Assembly (NCBI RefSeq): GCF_000150275.1
Contig: NW_002060951.1
Span: 762,328-826,327, forward strand
DNA from: Trichoplax adhaerens
Taxonomy: Eukaryota; Animalia; Placozoa
DNA length: 64,000 bases
Direction of reading: 5' to 3'
Shown here: piece by piece, positions 1-19,397 of the stretch
How the letters are laid out: each line of letters opens with the position of its first letter
Numbering within the stretch: the stretch's first letter is position 1
Translations under genes and position numbers: made by a program
Notes under the pieces: model-generated
What the model was told of the DNA's origin: nothing
The model's input: only the letters and a program-made list of their open reading frames with translations
Database searches by the model: none

Positions 1-136
1 AAAGAGTTGATAAATTATAATTATATGAGTATACTAGAGCGAGTACTCTTAACTACGGTACTTTTCTTTGGCAATTGGAAGCCTTTTATTAGATAATATG
101 CAATTAATTAAAGCTAAAAATATTTCACACTAATAG

Positions 137-3100
137 GTTGAAGGATTAATCGAGCGATTTGAGAACAGATGCAAATCAAGATCATCTCGAAATGACAATA
201 CCGATACTTCTACTAAGCAAGAAAATCAACGAAATGAACAAGCATCAAGTCCCACCATGCCATTTAAAGAAGCTCCAGGAGATGCCGGTACTAAAGATGA
301 TGAAATTTGCTCTATTTGTTTACTGCCAATGATTGATGGTGAAAGTATGGTGGATTGCCCTCATTGCAAGAATTGGCTCCATCATCACTGCATGTCTATA
401 TGTAAGAAATACAAGCTAGATGTACTAAAACATATGCAATTTCCTAACATAAGCTGGTCATAATAACAACCGCGTAGGAAACTAATGCGCTAATTCTAAA
501 GAAAATAGGTTCTAGTTTCGCTAATATTACTTAGAGTGATCATTCTTGTTTATTTACCTTGATGCTCCTAACTAATTCTATATTCTTAAACTAGTAATTT
601 CCTTTAAGGTTAATTCAATAATAATTATCAAAGTTATATAATTAGTAAACAAAAATTTATCTGTCCTAGGGGCTGGAGAATGCAAAAGGCAGAATGATCA
701 CTTAATATGCCCGCTATGCCGATTACCCTGGATAAATCAATCAGGCAAAGACCTAAAACAATCCACGTTACTGAATGATGAAAATAATGACAGTGGAATC
801 CAAGATATGGCCTACGTCAAGTCTCAAACGATCGAATCATTGACAGGTACAGAGAATTCATCCGCTGCTAATCATTATGCCCATCAGAATAATCAAAATG
901 AGAATCGTACCCTACCAGAAGATGATCAAATACATGAAGCTGATGATACGTCGTCGGAAGGTTTCGATACTCACCGAGTTATTAGTAATGCAGCTGATCA
1001 ATTACAAGAAATGTCGTTATCATCGACAAGAGTCTTTAGAGATCCTCCTAAAAATAAGAAAGAAGTCGAAGAAGAAGATGCTCTAGCGCTAACTATGGCT
1101 CTGAGCTATTCCGAAATCAAAAAGGATGTCGTTCCACCCATTAATGAATTACAAGCAGCAACTAATTTGATTTTAAAGGGTAATTGTAAGGTAAGCATTA
1201 AAGGAGGAGCAAAAAACATATATTATCCAATAATTTTTATATCGCTGCAGCTTGTATCTGCCTAGTTTTCTATGGATTATTCGTTACTCAAGATTATCAT
1301 ATTGCTATAAATTTACCAAAATCCATATTGTTTTCAATCCAATACATGTATACTTAGACTCACAAATACTCAATCGATATAATATCAATTTTGTTTATTT
1401 AATAAGATGTAATATTTATTTAAAAGTTGATACTGTAAATTAACAATTCTGCTAGTATAGTTAATTATAAATAAATACAACGATAACTGTACAAAATTTT
1501 CTCGACTTTAACTATTTGGATATCTATAAATTTTGTATCAGAGTGAGAATCCGTTCAAAGATATTGACAGCACTTACCTCGAAAATTCTCAATGGCAGAA
1601 AGGCAAGCTGTTAGGCACAGGAGCTTATTCAACATGCTATGCTGCTCGAGATATCAAGAGTGGAACATTAATGGCTGTTAAACAAGTGAGTTTAACGCAT
1701 AGAAAATAATTTCATAATAAATATTAAAGAGCATTAATTGGTATTTATGCTTATGATTTAATTGCAAAATACGTAATCGACAGGTTGCATATTGTCGAAA
1801 CTCCGCTGAAGAACAGCAGCAAGTTTATGAAAGTTTAATTAAAGAAATTTCCTTGCTCAATCGTCTAAATCATCCTAACATTGTTCGCTGTTATGGTGCA
1901 ACTGTGCAAGATTCACATTTTAATATCTTTGCTGAATGGTTGGCAGGTAAGCTCAAATTAGCTAAGCAGCTTTTGCTATCATGGATATATTTACGTATAG
2001 AATAAATCAATAACATGATTCTGATGTAAATAGAACTTTCAATAAACATGTCGAATTATACTTTATCTAGCAATACTTTTAATATGCCGATGCTAAATCA
2101 TATTAAATCCTTAGGTGGTAGCATTGCTTCTATGTTACACAACTATGGGCCATTTCAAGAGAATATTAGCAACGCTTATTGCTTACAGATATTACGAGGT
2201 TTAGTTTACCTCCATGATAGAAGGATTGTGCATCGTGATGTTAAAGGTATGTTAATTGACTTAGGTGTAATCAACTAAATATCTATTAAGTCAGCAATCC
2301 TGCATAAGTACCCTGATTCTCATTTATCGATAAATTCAAAATCCGTACATCGAAGACATATACGTTAGATTTAATATATATAAATAAGTAGAGAAATATC
2401 GTACACATTTGTATTAATCATAATTGCGCTAATTGCAGGTGATAATATCCTTGTCGATGCGACCGGTCGTATAGTTAAATTGGCTGATTTTGGCTCTGCT
2501 ATACAATTAACTGCAACAAAATTAACTGGTGCAGGTTTATTACAGGGCCAAATGGTTGGAACCGTAGCTTTTATGGCCCCTGAGGTATAATATACGAGTA
2601 TTTTACGTCACCTATAATCCTGTACTGACTGATTCCAATCGTAAGTTTTTAAATTTCTCTTTTTCATTACTCATTAAATTTTAAAACATTTAATAAGGTC
2701 CTACGTGGTGAAAATTATGGAAGATCTAGCGACGTTTGGAGTCTTGGTTGTGTTATGATCCAAATGTTAACCGGAAAGTTACCTTGGGGAGCAGATAATA
2801 TTTCTAATCACTTCGCACTTATCTATAAAGTATGTTTGCTTGTATAAATCTCAAATTAAATCATTGAGTCAAAATATGCGATTATAGTACATCGAAAGTA
2901 GCCAACCTACAAATTTCTCGTCATATTAAATTATTAAAAAGATGTTGATCATTAATAATATGATTTCAATACAGATTCTGCTAATCACGAACTAATCATC
3001 GTCTTGCTTGCATTTTGACCTTTTAGATTGCTACTGCCACTGAAACTCCATCAGTCCCTGAGCATTTAAGACAAGATACGCGTGATTTTTTGCTGAGATG

Positions 3101-3194
3101 TCTAGAAAGTAATCGTGAATTTAGACCTAAAGCAAAAGAATTGTTAATTCATCCACTCTTTCGAGATGCAATTCAACCACCATCACTGAAGTAA
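137..3194 (+). CDS. MAP3K1: Mitogen-activated protein kinase kinase kinase 1 (MEKK1), 5'-truncated by window edge; RING/PHD, UIM and kinase domains
   Basis: Exons 137-401, 670-1190, 1542-1685, 1784-1946, 2115-2246, 2439-2584, 2698-2829, 3027-3194 (TAA), all GT-AG and in phase. RING/[47 protein letters not shown] resembles human MEKK1. UIM EEEDALALTMALS. Kinase motifs GTGAYSTCY, MAVKQ, HRDVKGDN, DFG, GTVAFMAPE. Confidence 0.93.
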
Positions 3195-3232
3195 TATTCA
3201 GCATAATTCATCTAACATCCTACGTGATATCG

Positions 3233-3311
3233 AAGATACCTATATTTACTGAGATATTGAGCAAGTAATCGTGAATTTTTATCTAAAGTAAAAAGTTTAG
3301 CGAATTCATTC
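3233..3311 (+). repeat. Degenerate duplicate of part of the MAP3K1 last exon in its 3' UTR
   Basis: aagatacc..ctgagatattgagcaagtaatcgtgaatttttatctaaagtaaaaag..aattcattc aligns with about 3073-3153 (aagatacg..ctgagatgtctagaaagtaatcgtgaatttagacctaaagcaaaag..aattcatcc). Confidence 0.7.
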
Positions 3312-6300
3312 TTAAAATAAACAATGAATTGTTTTATAAAATTGGTTGCAGTAAACTGGGAATCATGTATGATCCCAGTAATACTTTCATTTTAGCTTTG
3401 GATCCAATTCTAATAATTAAGAGTATCATGGTATCATAGTAATCACTATCGCCTTAGAGGTAGTGAAAACAATACAGCAAGCCTAAATAACATTAAAACT
3501 ACCATCATATATTCCTGCCTTTCAAAAAATGCAGTTCCTTGAGTGGTTGCTTCATTCTCCCTGATGACAAAACTTTGTAGCATCTAGCTGTTTTTTATTT
3601 TATCTTGGACTTATTGGCGCAACCCACGAAGTACAACTGGCTGTAAATTATTTAAAAGATACTTGGATTTATTTAACCTCAAGTCATCTCTGTATATTTA
3701 AAAAATCTATAAACAATCAATCTTTCCTCCTTCATAATCGAACTTAGTCATTAACGATCACGATGTTGATATGGCGGCCACACTAAAATTGCCAACCGCA
3801 TGGCTAGTACCAGTTGGACAACTATCCATGAGGGTAATGTAAAATAGAATTGTGCTTATTGCATATAATAATCCTCATCAATCCAAGCAGCTGCTTTCTT
3901 ATTCTTCCATATTTGATTATCGGAAGAAACATCTTGAATAACTATCAAGGCAATGACATTACAGTGTTATGCTTTGATTAAGTTTAATATTTCGTGAATT
4001 ATCATTGTTTGTGCGAAGCTTTATTTCTAGTCACTTTCATTAATAATAATATACATATTATATATGATACGAATCTATTCGTATTTCATTCGAGTTGAAA
4101 TTTTTCTACTTAGGTTAGCTGCAATCTGCAAAATCAGATATTCTTAGACAAAAACATAATTTTATACTATTTATATGACTTTGAAACGTGTTGCTTTACA
4201 TGTATAAAGAATTTTAGATATAACGAGATAACGTTATGATGATATATGATATTCTTGCCGATATTTATAGGCGATATAAAACTATAGAATAGCATTTTTC
4301 TTTAAATTGAACCTTTGTATCCTTACTGAGCTTTCAGTTTTACGTAGGTCTTTATGAACTATAGATGTGATTTTATAAAAGCGAATTTATGAACCTCATA
4401 TAGCTGTATCTGTGATCCTTCTTATGCAAGATTTTAGTCTTCGTAACTAAAAATGCCGCAAATCCCTTTGATCATTTTTGGCTGTTTTATATTTATTTAG
4501 AAACTATCTGATATAAAGTACGTACTAATGTACAAAGGCAGATAAGCCTCATCCAGTTGATATTCATGTACAATTCTGATATATAATATTATAATATTGT
4601 AGCTCAAGAGTAGTAAAACGCGTATAACATCAGTTTATGCTTTCAATAGATCTATTTTCTTCTGCATGGATATTAAATGACGCTTAATGATAATTCTATC
4701 AAATTTCTGGTATTTAAACATAAAATTGAATATATCATACCATAACACTACTCGTAATAATATATTCAAAAATACAAAAGATCCCTTGCAGATACTGCTC
4801 AACTATTTAAAATTGTTATTATATTAAAGTTACTATCTTATATAGGAACAAAAATTAAATAAAATAACTTTAAAATTGATTTTCATTGGGCGATTCAATA
4901 AGTAACGAAATCTTTAGGTAAAATTATACCGAACGATATAAATTTGATTCGTCTAATACTTAAATATTACATCTTTTTCCTACATCTGCGGCAACGGTAA
5001 TAATATAAAAGATTGATACTTGATAGTAGTAATACAACGTATATACGGCACACTCGTAGTAGGCAGTAGCAATTTCATTAAGCTAATGCCTTAAGCCTAT
5101 ATATTCACACAGTTAATTCCATTTTATAACCATTTCTATTCAATTGTTTTAACTCATCGCTAACAATATGCGATTGTATGACAATATCAAGAGAAATTTA
5201 TAAATTAATTTTAAACTCTTATATGCTGCCTGCTTTCTTAATTTGTGCTTAAATAAGCTGATAACATACTAACTATAGCATTTGCTATGCATAATGGTAT
5301 AGAGAAATAGATACTTTGATACTGTCAAAATAGCGATCTAGTATTATTCGTGCTCGTTAGGCTATTGCAAATAATTCAGGTAAAACTAGCCGACGCTTCT
5401 CGGTAACTGGACTAAATTTAGCTTAGATGGTTTTCATAAATTACATCAGAACCTCTACCATAATTGACTGATCAGTATCAATGGTAGGTAAATACCAATA
5501 TGTCACGTTCTGACTGTTGGAGGGAACTAGATATGTAAGAAAATATTTATCGTTAAGTGTGTAGACAGTAATTGTTATACCGGCAAAAAACTGCATCCTG
5601 ATATTGTCCTATTCATCTAAATTGTAACAATTCATAAATACATTGACATTTTTTGAAATGCATATTGGGCCTTACTATCCTGTAGAGAACGAATATTGGC
5701 CAACTTTAATCAATTTCGCAATTGTGTAGTAGTAGACAACATACGAAAGCATGAGAATGGAAAAAATAACGCACTGAGGTAATTAAATGTCTTTAATCAT
5801 GTGCAACGTTCGTACATAACCTTTAATCAATTGAATAATAAATATTATTTTGGTCACCAACATTTAATCACTGTAATATTCTATAAGTCTGTTTCAACAG
5901 CATTATCAAACTTCTACATTTTCTAGCAATTGAAGCTGATGTGAGAAGATTCAGCAACTTATAGCTAAGTTAATTACGGAACAATATTCGTTAGCTATCC
6001 GGTTGATTTGATTATCTTCATCTACCATACCAATAAATTAATACAGTTGACTGGGATGTGCAGTTCATAATATATCTTGAATAAAAACTTTTTTAATATA
6101 GTGTTAAACATTAGTTACTTTTAGAAATCGTACGATTAGTAATTATGAATTTTGAAAAGAATGCAGTTATCAGTAAAATTAAATAAATTTCGACTGACAG
6201 TTATTTATAACATATTTTATACACAATACGAGTGGAATTAAAAATTATTATATATCGAAAAGTGTGGTCTTTTACAGTTACAACTTAAAACTTAAAATAA

Positions 6301-6478
6301 TCAATATAGTCTTACTACTGTAATCGATTCCAGACATTTTTCAATATGTAATAAATTCTTACTAAGGTGTTGTAAATTTTTAGCCTCAGTCATAGATATC
6401 TCGTCTATGTACAGAAAATTTGTTGAAATAACATTCAAATTAATTCTGAAATTGTTGATACAGTAATTTGTTAATACT

Positions 6479-12177
<5,699 letters not shown>

Positions 12178-12902
12178 GGTCAATAAAGTTCTTGTAGCTC
12201 TTTATCGTCTGGATTCACTATCCATTAGCAATTCATCTTTACTCCTTAATGCCCCACCATTCATGAATGATCGCTGATTCGTTTTAATCCGCTACCAAAT
12301 GCAACCATCGGTTCGATTTTTAGCCCCACTCTTCCACTGAAAGTTCTGAAACTAGAAGATTTCAACTGTGGCGTTTGCTCCTGCGCCTAACTTCCATATC
12401 TTGACCATACAAACTACTTCTTTATACGGTCAATCATGGGCGAGTTGGGTGCTGTCTTGATCCCCCCCCTCGAATATTCAATGACCATATAAGGGCATAC
12501 TAAAACGGCCGAAGACAAGAGGTTGGCATGTACTGACACCCAGACAGACTGACCCTGGGCACTAGAGACCCTTCACCTTTTAATTAAACATGGTACAGGC
12601 ATGACCACCAGAAATACTTGGACTGGACTAGAACTCTCCTCGGATGGACGGACTTTCTGACCAGATGCGGCCGAAAATGTTGAAAATAGCTACTCAGTAT
12701 CAATCTTCCGTGTCTGTTTTTCTAAATCACTCTTATTCATTTCAATACCATTTAGAATCTAAATTCACTACTTCCAAGTAGAACTTAGCAACAGGTAATG
12801 GAATACAATATAATATAACTCTATTTAGAAAAAATCAATCAATTTAGAATCGACTGTCTGCATACTTTTGTACAGTAATGTCATAATGAAGTATTTGAGA
12901 AA

Positions 12903-13408
12903 GAGACAATTTATTGACCAAAGTTGGCCAAATGTCTGTCCGTCCCAAGGTATTCTTGACTGTACTGTACAGTGTACAGTACTGTAGACTTTTCCAGTAG
13001 TATGTACTGTACAGTACAGTACTGTACTGTATTCCATGGTAGTGTAACAGTACAGTACTGAGACAATTGATTAACCAAAGTTGGCCAAATGTCTGTCCGT
13101 CCCAAGGTATTCTCTTACTGTACTACAGACTTTTATTACTGTACAGTGTACAGTACTGTAGACTTTTCCAGTAGTACTGTATGTACTGTACACTGTACAG
13201 TACAGTACTGTACTGCATTCCATGGTAGTGTAACAGTACAGTACTGAGACAATTGATTAACCAAAGTTGGCCAAATGTCTGTCCGTCCCAAGGTATTCTC
13301 TTACTACAGACTTTTATTACTGTATTCCATGGTAGTGAGTGACAGTACAGTACTGAGATAATTTATTGACCAAAGTTGGCCAAATATCTGTCCGTCCCAA
13401 GGTATTCT
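12903..13408. repeat. Composite tandem repeat: four copies of a 54-nt core separated by TACAG/CTGTA blocks
   Basis: Core gagacaatttattgaccaaagttggccaaatgtctgtccgtcccaaggtattct (1-3 mismatches between copies) starts at 12903, 13060, 13246 and 13355. The spacers share attccatggtagtg and acagtacagtactg. Confidence 0.95.
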
Positions 13409-13525
13409 TGACTGTACTGTACTGTAGGCTTTTAGTATTCCACGGAGTGTACAGTACAGTACGCTACTGTACAATGGTTTTCTCCACATGATTGTACTGT
13501 ACGGTACTGTACCGTGCTGTACTCC
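12940..13525. promoter_or_regulatory. TACAG/CTGTA island in the divergent TESK-FAM50 promoter
   Basis: Dense ACAGT/ACTGT/TGTACA runs ending about 130 nt upstream of the FAM50 ATG. The promoter role is inferred from position. Confidence 0.6.
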
Positions 13526-13654
13526 ATACAATCCGTACACAGACGTTGCAGGCAGCTTGGCATCAGCATTTACTTTTGCCATTGCATTTCCTTCGCATTT
13601 CTTCCATTGCGCTTCTACAGTTAAAGAACTCGCCAAAAATTCAACGATAGTAAA

Positions 13655-15380
13655 ATGGCACATTACAAAGGTGCAGCTAGCGAAGGTGCCAGAGCTGCTG
13701 CTCTCCTCAAGAAACGTGAGCAAGGCCGAGAAAATTTAGAGTTTATGAAGAAGAAGATCACTGAGGTAATATTCACCAAAATTGGAAATGCAAACTGTCT
13801 CAGGTTGAATCCATAATATAATAATCTAACTAAAATCAAGTTTCGAAAAGATTGTCATTCAATTGAAACGTTCATGTGAAATCTTTCATCGAATTTCCTC
13901 GAATTTAACCACTTAGTTTTTTATGTTATGCTACGCTTTTTAAGTAATCGCTAAATTGTATTCTATCTTTGGTCGATAAAAATCACAAACGTCAATTGAA
14001 GGATTAAACTGCTGCACCAGCGAGCTGTGCTCATGATTATACCATCTACTATACACTAAAGCAAATCATTCTTGTCAACTCAAATTAAATCACTGTATCC
14101 TTTACAGGAAAAGAGTGCTACGCGTATTGCCACTATTCAAAGTAGATTTTCAACCCAGTTTGATTTCGTGGAAAGAGAACTACGAGACAATACCATTGGT
14201 TTAGTGACCTTAGAGCAAATGAAGCAAAAACGTGAACATATACTCCAAGAAAGAGAGCGACAAATAGCAACACAAACTGCTGCACGAGCTGTGCTTGACA
14301 AGCGTAAAGAAAGAGATAATAAACGAAAGAAAACAACCATTTCATTTGATCTAGACGAAGAAGAAGATGACGAGGACGATCATGATTCACCTTCCAAACC
14401 AACTGTTGAAACTGTGACTTTCAAGAAACCCAAATTTGGAAAAGATCCGGATGTGGAAACTTCATTCCTACCGGATCGTGATAGAGAGGTAAAGACGCGT
14501 ACTTTCTATTACACTGAAGTATAATTAAACCTGTCCATCTTTTATCTCTCTTGGTCGTTATTCAATCTATTGGATAAATTACTAGTCTTGTAGCCTGTTG
14601 CCTGGCTGACGTATTACGCCCTACAACATGTTAACCTAAAATTTTTTTAAACTATTTTGCGAATTTTATTTGCTGTCAAAATATTATTATAGGAGGAAGA
14701 ACGACGAGAAAGGGACAGATTAAGGTTAGAGTGGGTGGAAAAACAAGAGACTATCAAGAGGGAAATTATTGAAATCACGTATAGTTACTGGGATGGCTCA
14801 GGACACAGGAGAACGATTCAGGTTAATAAGGGAAATACTATACAGCACTTCTTACAAAAGTGCCTAGAAAACCTAAGAAAGGAATTTAATGAACTGAAAA
14901 CCACCACGGTCGACAATCTAATGTATATTAAAGAAGATCTGATAATACCTCATGTAAGTTACACGAAACTCGTAAGACCACCACTCACGCAATACAGTAC
15001 ATTCGATTTTGATTTAAGTACTGTACTAGCGGTATAACCGCTAATTCATCCGAATCTCCTGTAACCAAAACAGCAATACACGATAATGCAATGATAGAAG
15101 TAATTGACTCTTCTGTTTTTTATAGCACATGTCGTTCTATGACTTTATTGTACGCAAAATACGTGGAAAGAGTGGTCCGCTCTTTACTTTCGATGTCCAC
15201 GAAGATGTTCGATTAATTAATGATGCATCTGTAGAAAAAGACGAATCGCATGCGGGTAAGGTCGTTTTGAGGCATTGGTACGAAAGAAATAAACACATTT
15301 TCCCCGCTAGCCGTTGGGAACCGTACGATCCTGAAAAGAGTTATGACCGTTATACAATTTCTGACAAGAAAAGTAACTAA
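13655..15380 (+). CDS. FAM50: FAM50/XAP5 nuclear spliceosome-associated protein
   Basis: Exons 13655-13765, 14108-14488, 14693-14953, 15126-15380. [11 protein letters not shown] start; [71 protein letters not shown] are characteristic of XAP5/FAM50. Confidence 0.96.
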
Positions 15381-17018
15381 TCGAAGCCGTTGTCCCTTAA
15401 GCATTGGCAATGGCTTGGTGAATTTTTACTGTGTACAAGCATTATAGGAAATCAAAATGTTTTTAACTCTATATTATTATGATTACGATCTTCATACGTA
15501 TACATTATCTTTCTCGAAGGATGTACTACTTTATAGACGTGTAGCACAATATCATGTGTATAATTGTATGAGGAAAATGCAAATACGCGAATACATCGTT
15601 CAGATGCCAGTACGTTCATATGTTGTATCCCTAGTTAATTATATAATGTATACCCGTAAATCTGTACAATAACTTACTACTGTAATTATTCGATTGCCTG
15701 ATGGTGATACTATATTAATAGCTGTAGCATTCGGCTATTAATTAGGTATAATTAAAAAAAGAAAAGTTAACTTTATCATGATTTAAATCATAGTAATATT
15801 CTGTGGTATACAGAACAACTGAAGGATTTGCGGAGTAGTAAGTAGAAATAAATACACTACCAAGTTTAGTTATACAATGATACTACTATTTATTGCGTGT
15901 ACTGTATATTATGTGAAGACTATGAAAATCAAGGTGCTATATAGAAATCCTAATCTTACAGAACCTTCAATTTTCGTATTCTTCCCATTAAATTTGCATA
16001 CTTAGCGGAGACCGAGGCCGTTAATTTACTTACTGTATAATCAGCTCTAGATCGCTGTTGTGATGAAAATGTTAAAAAGTTATGCTACCAATATATAGAG
16101 TATCTTCTTATCATCGTGTTACTCCCTATTTCCTACATTCTTTCAAAATCTAAAAAGGGCAACGTACCAAATTTCAACCGACTTTAAACAAACCACATCA
16201 GATTTTAGCCCTGAAGTGAGAAAGTAAGATAGATGCCATCTTCGTACGTATTGTGATATTAAACCCAGTGCAGTACGCACAACAATTTACCACGAACCAT
16301 AATAATACATAGGCAGAATGAATGAGTTTTAATTTAAATTTTTAAACGTCGATAAATTAATTATGTATTTAATAAGGACTGCGTGTGTGAGGGCATTCTT
16401 CTCAATCACCACATCGGTAATTAATTTAAACGGTCGATTATAAACATGATGCATGAAAACAGGTCAACCTATCAGTTAATGTTGATTCAAGGTTTACCGT
16501 AGCGTTGTTAGACACACCACAATCCTGTCATATAGTAATAGACGTTAGTGGCATTTAAAATAGGAAGGAAACAGTGAAGCATAGTCGAAAAATTAAATCA
16601 CTATGCACGTGTCTTGTTATATCTTAATATCAAAAGTTATTAAAGCTTGATAACAATAATGTTTTATTAATTTATTTTTTAAGTCAGTAAAAAAACCCAC
16701 CTCAATATTTCATCTATTTAAATTAAAACTACTATATTACGTATAATCATTCTTCGCCTCTATTAAGTATGTTACATCACTATCGAAACTGCGTATTAGT
16801 AAGAATTATCATATGTATACGCATATAAACAGTCCTCTATGCTATTTTTCAAAATAGATAACAATATACACTGCCAATATATCACCAGCATCATAATACT
16901 GATTAAATTGGTAACGATCAGGAAAGCTTAAAATGAAATCCCAAAGCGATATAATTATATTTAAAGTTTAATATAGCAAATTGGATGTGATTATTAAGTA
17001 AAAATGAAAGAGTATTTC

Positions 17019-18980
17019 TCACTTTTTTACCTCCAGTTTGTTGCGAAAATACTGACATAATTGGTGCAAAGCATCTTTTTGACCTTCTATAAATTCTAAC
17101 TGCATGACAATGCTATTATCCGTTGACGTAAAGTATTGGGATTTTGCTATCGTCATCGAAAATTGCAGAAGAGCTTGAAATGAAGTATTACTAACAATAT
17201 CATTCGCATTTATTTCCTGTAACTCTTGAGATGATTGCACGATAGATGTGGACAGCGTACGATTCTGACTTGCATTATCGATTTCTTTATCATCATAAAA
17301 TGACAAATTGCTATTGGTATCCAATTTTAATTTCTTTGATTCAGTAGTTGCGGCTGTTCCTCCACAACCCTCTAAGTCAGAACCGGAGGCATTTTGCTGC
17401 CGTAATAGCATTCGCCGTTTTCTTCTTTGATGAACCCAAGTATTAGTATAAGCAGTTCCTACAAAAGTTTGTCTAGCTTCTTCCGTATTAGTAGACTTTG
17501 GTTCTAAATTAATCTGTGAATGATATAATACCAGTACATTACTGGAGATTATTACACTGGTATCTAGTTTACTACAATTACCTACATATAACTATGTCAT
17601 GAAAAGTTAAGATTTATTTCATTTTAACTAGGTTAATTATCTCAGCCTTTTAATTTATATTGCCAATGTTGTTCACCTGCAATTCGTTACAGAGCTTTAT
17701 TACTCTGTCGCACATTGTTTCTAAATTGATCTCCTTTAATTGGGATATTTCTTCTGACAAATAAGCTATGTTGATGTACATAGGCTTCATTGCCTTTCTA
17801 TCTTTCTGTTTATTTACCTAATATTGACATGGCCACATTCATTTATTAACAAGTTCAAACATTCTTTGCAAGGAAACTACAACTCATTATTGAGCATGCA
17901 GACGCTTGGTGCTATGCAACCTATGAGTACACTATGTCCTATGTTGTACCTCATTGCCAGGTAGATCGCTGCAAAATGACCACGCCACAGACCATCTTGC
18001 TGTATTACCTTGGCTAAATATGGATGTTGTATAACTCCTAACCTAAAATGGAAGGAAAAACAATATTTTACTTTTCACTACCAGATATTTATCATAACTG
18101 CATACAGCTTGCAAAATCCAAAATTAGTAAATAGATTATGAAGCTTAAAATTTTTTATCGATTGCCACAAATTAAGGCTCACTTTTATCATGAAATACTA
18201 TACTGTACTTACATTTTTATCCTTCAATATTGCTATGACATGATCCAAGCTAGACTTTTTACCAAGCATTGATGTATAACATTTTACGCGTGATTGCAAC
18301 TGCGTACTATCTTCGATGATGCATTTTACAAACTCCACTTCGCCCCCGTCGTAGATGATTTCACTTCCTTTGCCAGTACAAACTGATTTCGGTTGTGGTC
18401 TAACAGAGGTCCGATTAGCACCTTTAGCATCGAGTGAATCAATAAAAAATGGTGGGTTGCACATACAAAAATCATACTGTTGCCTGTTCTCATTTCGTAA
18501 AGGTGTACAAAGAATATCTTGAGCTGCAACCATTTTTATTTTTATTTTCTCGTCCAAATCATTGATGGTGACATTTTTTTGTGCATAATGTACACACCTT
18601 TGGTCTACCTCGGTTGCAAGGAAATTCCATCCATTCATTCGAGCTGCCAACAAAGGATAAATGCACGATGCACCAGTACCGATATCGATACCAAATATGT
18701 CGTCATTATGAGTCGTCTGGATAAGATCTTCCAACCAATGTATATAATTTAATCTCAACGGTACTGTTGGTATTAATCTATCCATCGGCAATTCAACATG
18801 AAGGTTAAAATCGATCTTGAGTAAGGCTCTGGTAACAGCTGATAATGCATTGGAATCGCGAAAATTGATAAAACATTTATTCCTTTTCTTGTTTATTTTA
18901 ACAAATGGTTGTAATTCGGGAAATTTTCGGGCTAATTCTTCAAAGTTAGGAGAGATCTTGTAGCGATTTCTTTCATGCAT
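17019..18980 (-). CDS. METTL16: U6 snRNA/mRNA N6-adenosine methyltransferase METTL16
   Basis: Exons 18980-18213, 18042-17950, 17817-17677, 17513-17019. MHERNRYK, RLIPTVPLRLNYIHW, GIDIGTGASCIYPLL, catalytic CMCNPPFF, YTSMLGKKSS, QGNTARWSVAWSF. C-terminal VCR/KA1-like motifs NTWVHQRRKRR and LHQLCQYFRNKL. Confidence 0.96.
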
Positions 18981-19189
18981 TTCCAGCTACTCTATACATA
19001 CGTAGATTATTAATTAATTCTGTCTAGAGTATTGCAAATTGGCTAATCACAAGCCAACAGGTGAATTCGTTAATGTCTGTATAGTATTTGATTGCGATAT
19101 TGTAGTTCAGAAGACGTAAACCTAAACCTTGGAACTCTAGGGTAGTGTCGAGTCATGTCTAGACGTCCGGTATGTCAGTATCACGAGTT

Positions 19190-19345
19190 AACGATACTGT
19201 ACACTGTATAGTTACCCGGCTCTCATACTGTACAGTACAGTACAGTATGAGAACCGTGGAAGCAAAATTTCGATACTGTACCCTACAGTACAGTACATAC
19301 CATCATTTTTTACCGTACAGTACTGTACGTAGTGTACTGTACATT
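19190..19345. promoter_or_regulatory. TACAG/CTGTA island in the 417-bp bidirectional METTL16-EPS15 promoter
   Basis: tactgtacactgta, actgtacagtacagtacagta and tacagtactgtacgtagtgtactgtaca lie between the divergent ATGs at 18980 and 19398. Confidence 0.6.
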
Positions 19346-19397
19346 GTATCTCACGGAAAGCAAATCTTCCATACGCGTGCGTGAGAAGCGTGTCAAG

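Noticed and set aside
12903-13408. CRISPR-like array of repeats with spacers
   Set aside because: The spacers are themselves repetitive and vary from 55 to 132 nt, the repeat is 54 nt, there are no cas genes, and the context is eukaryotic.
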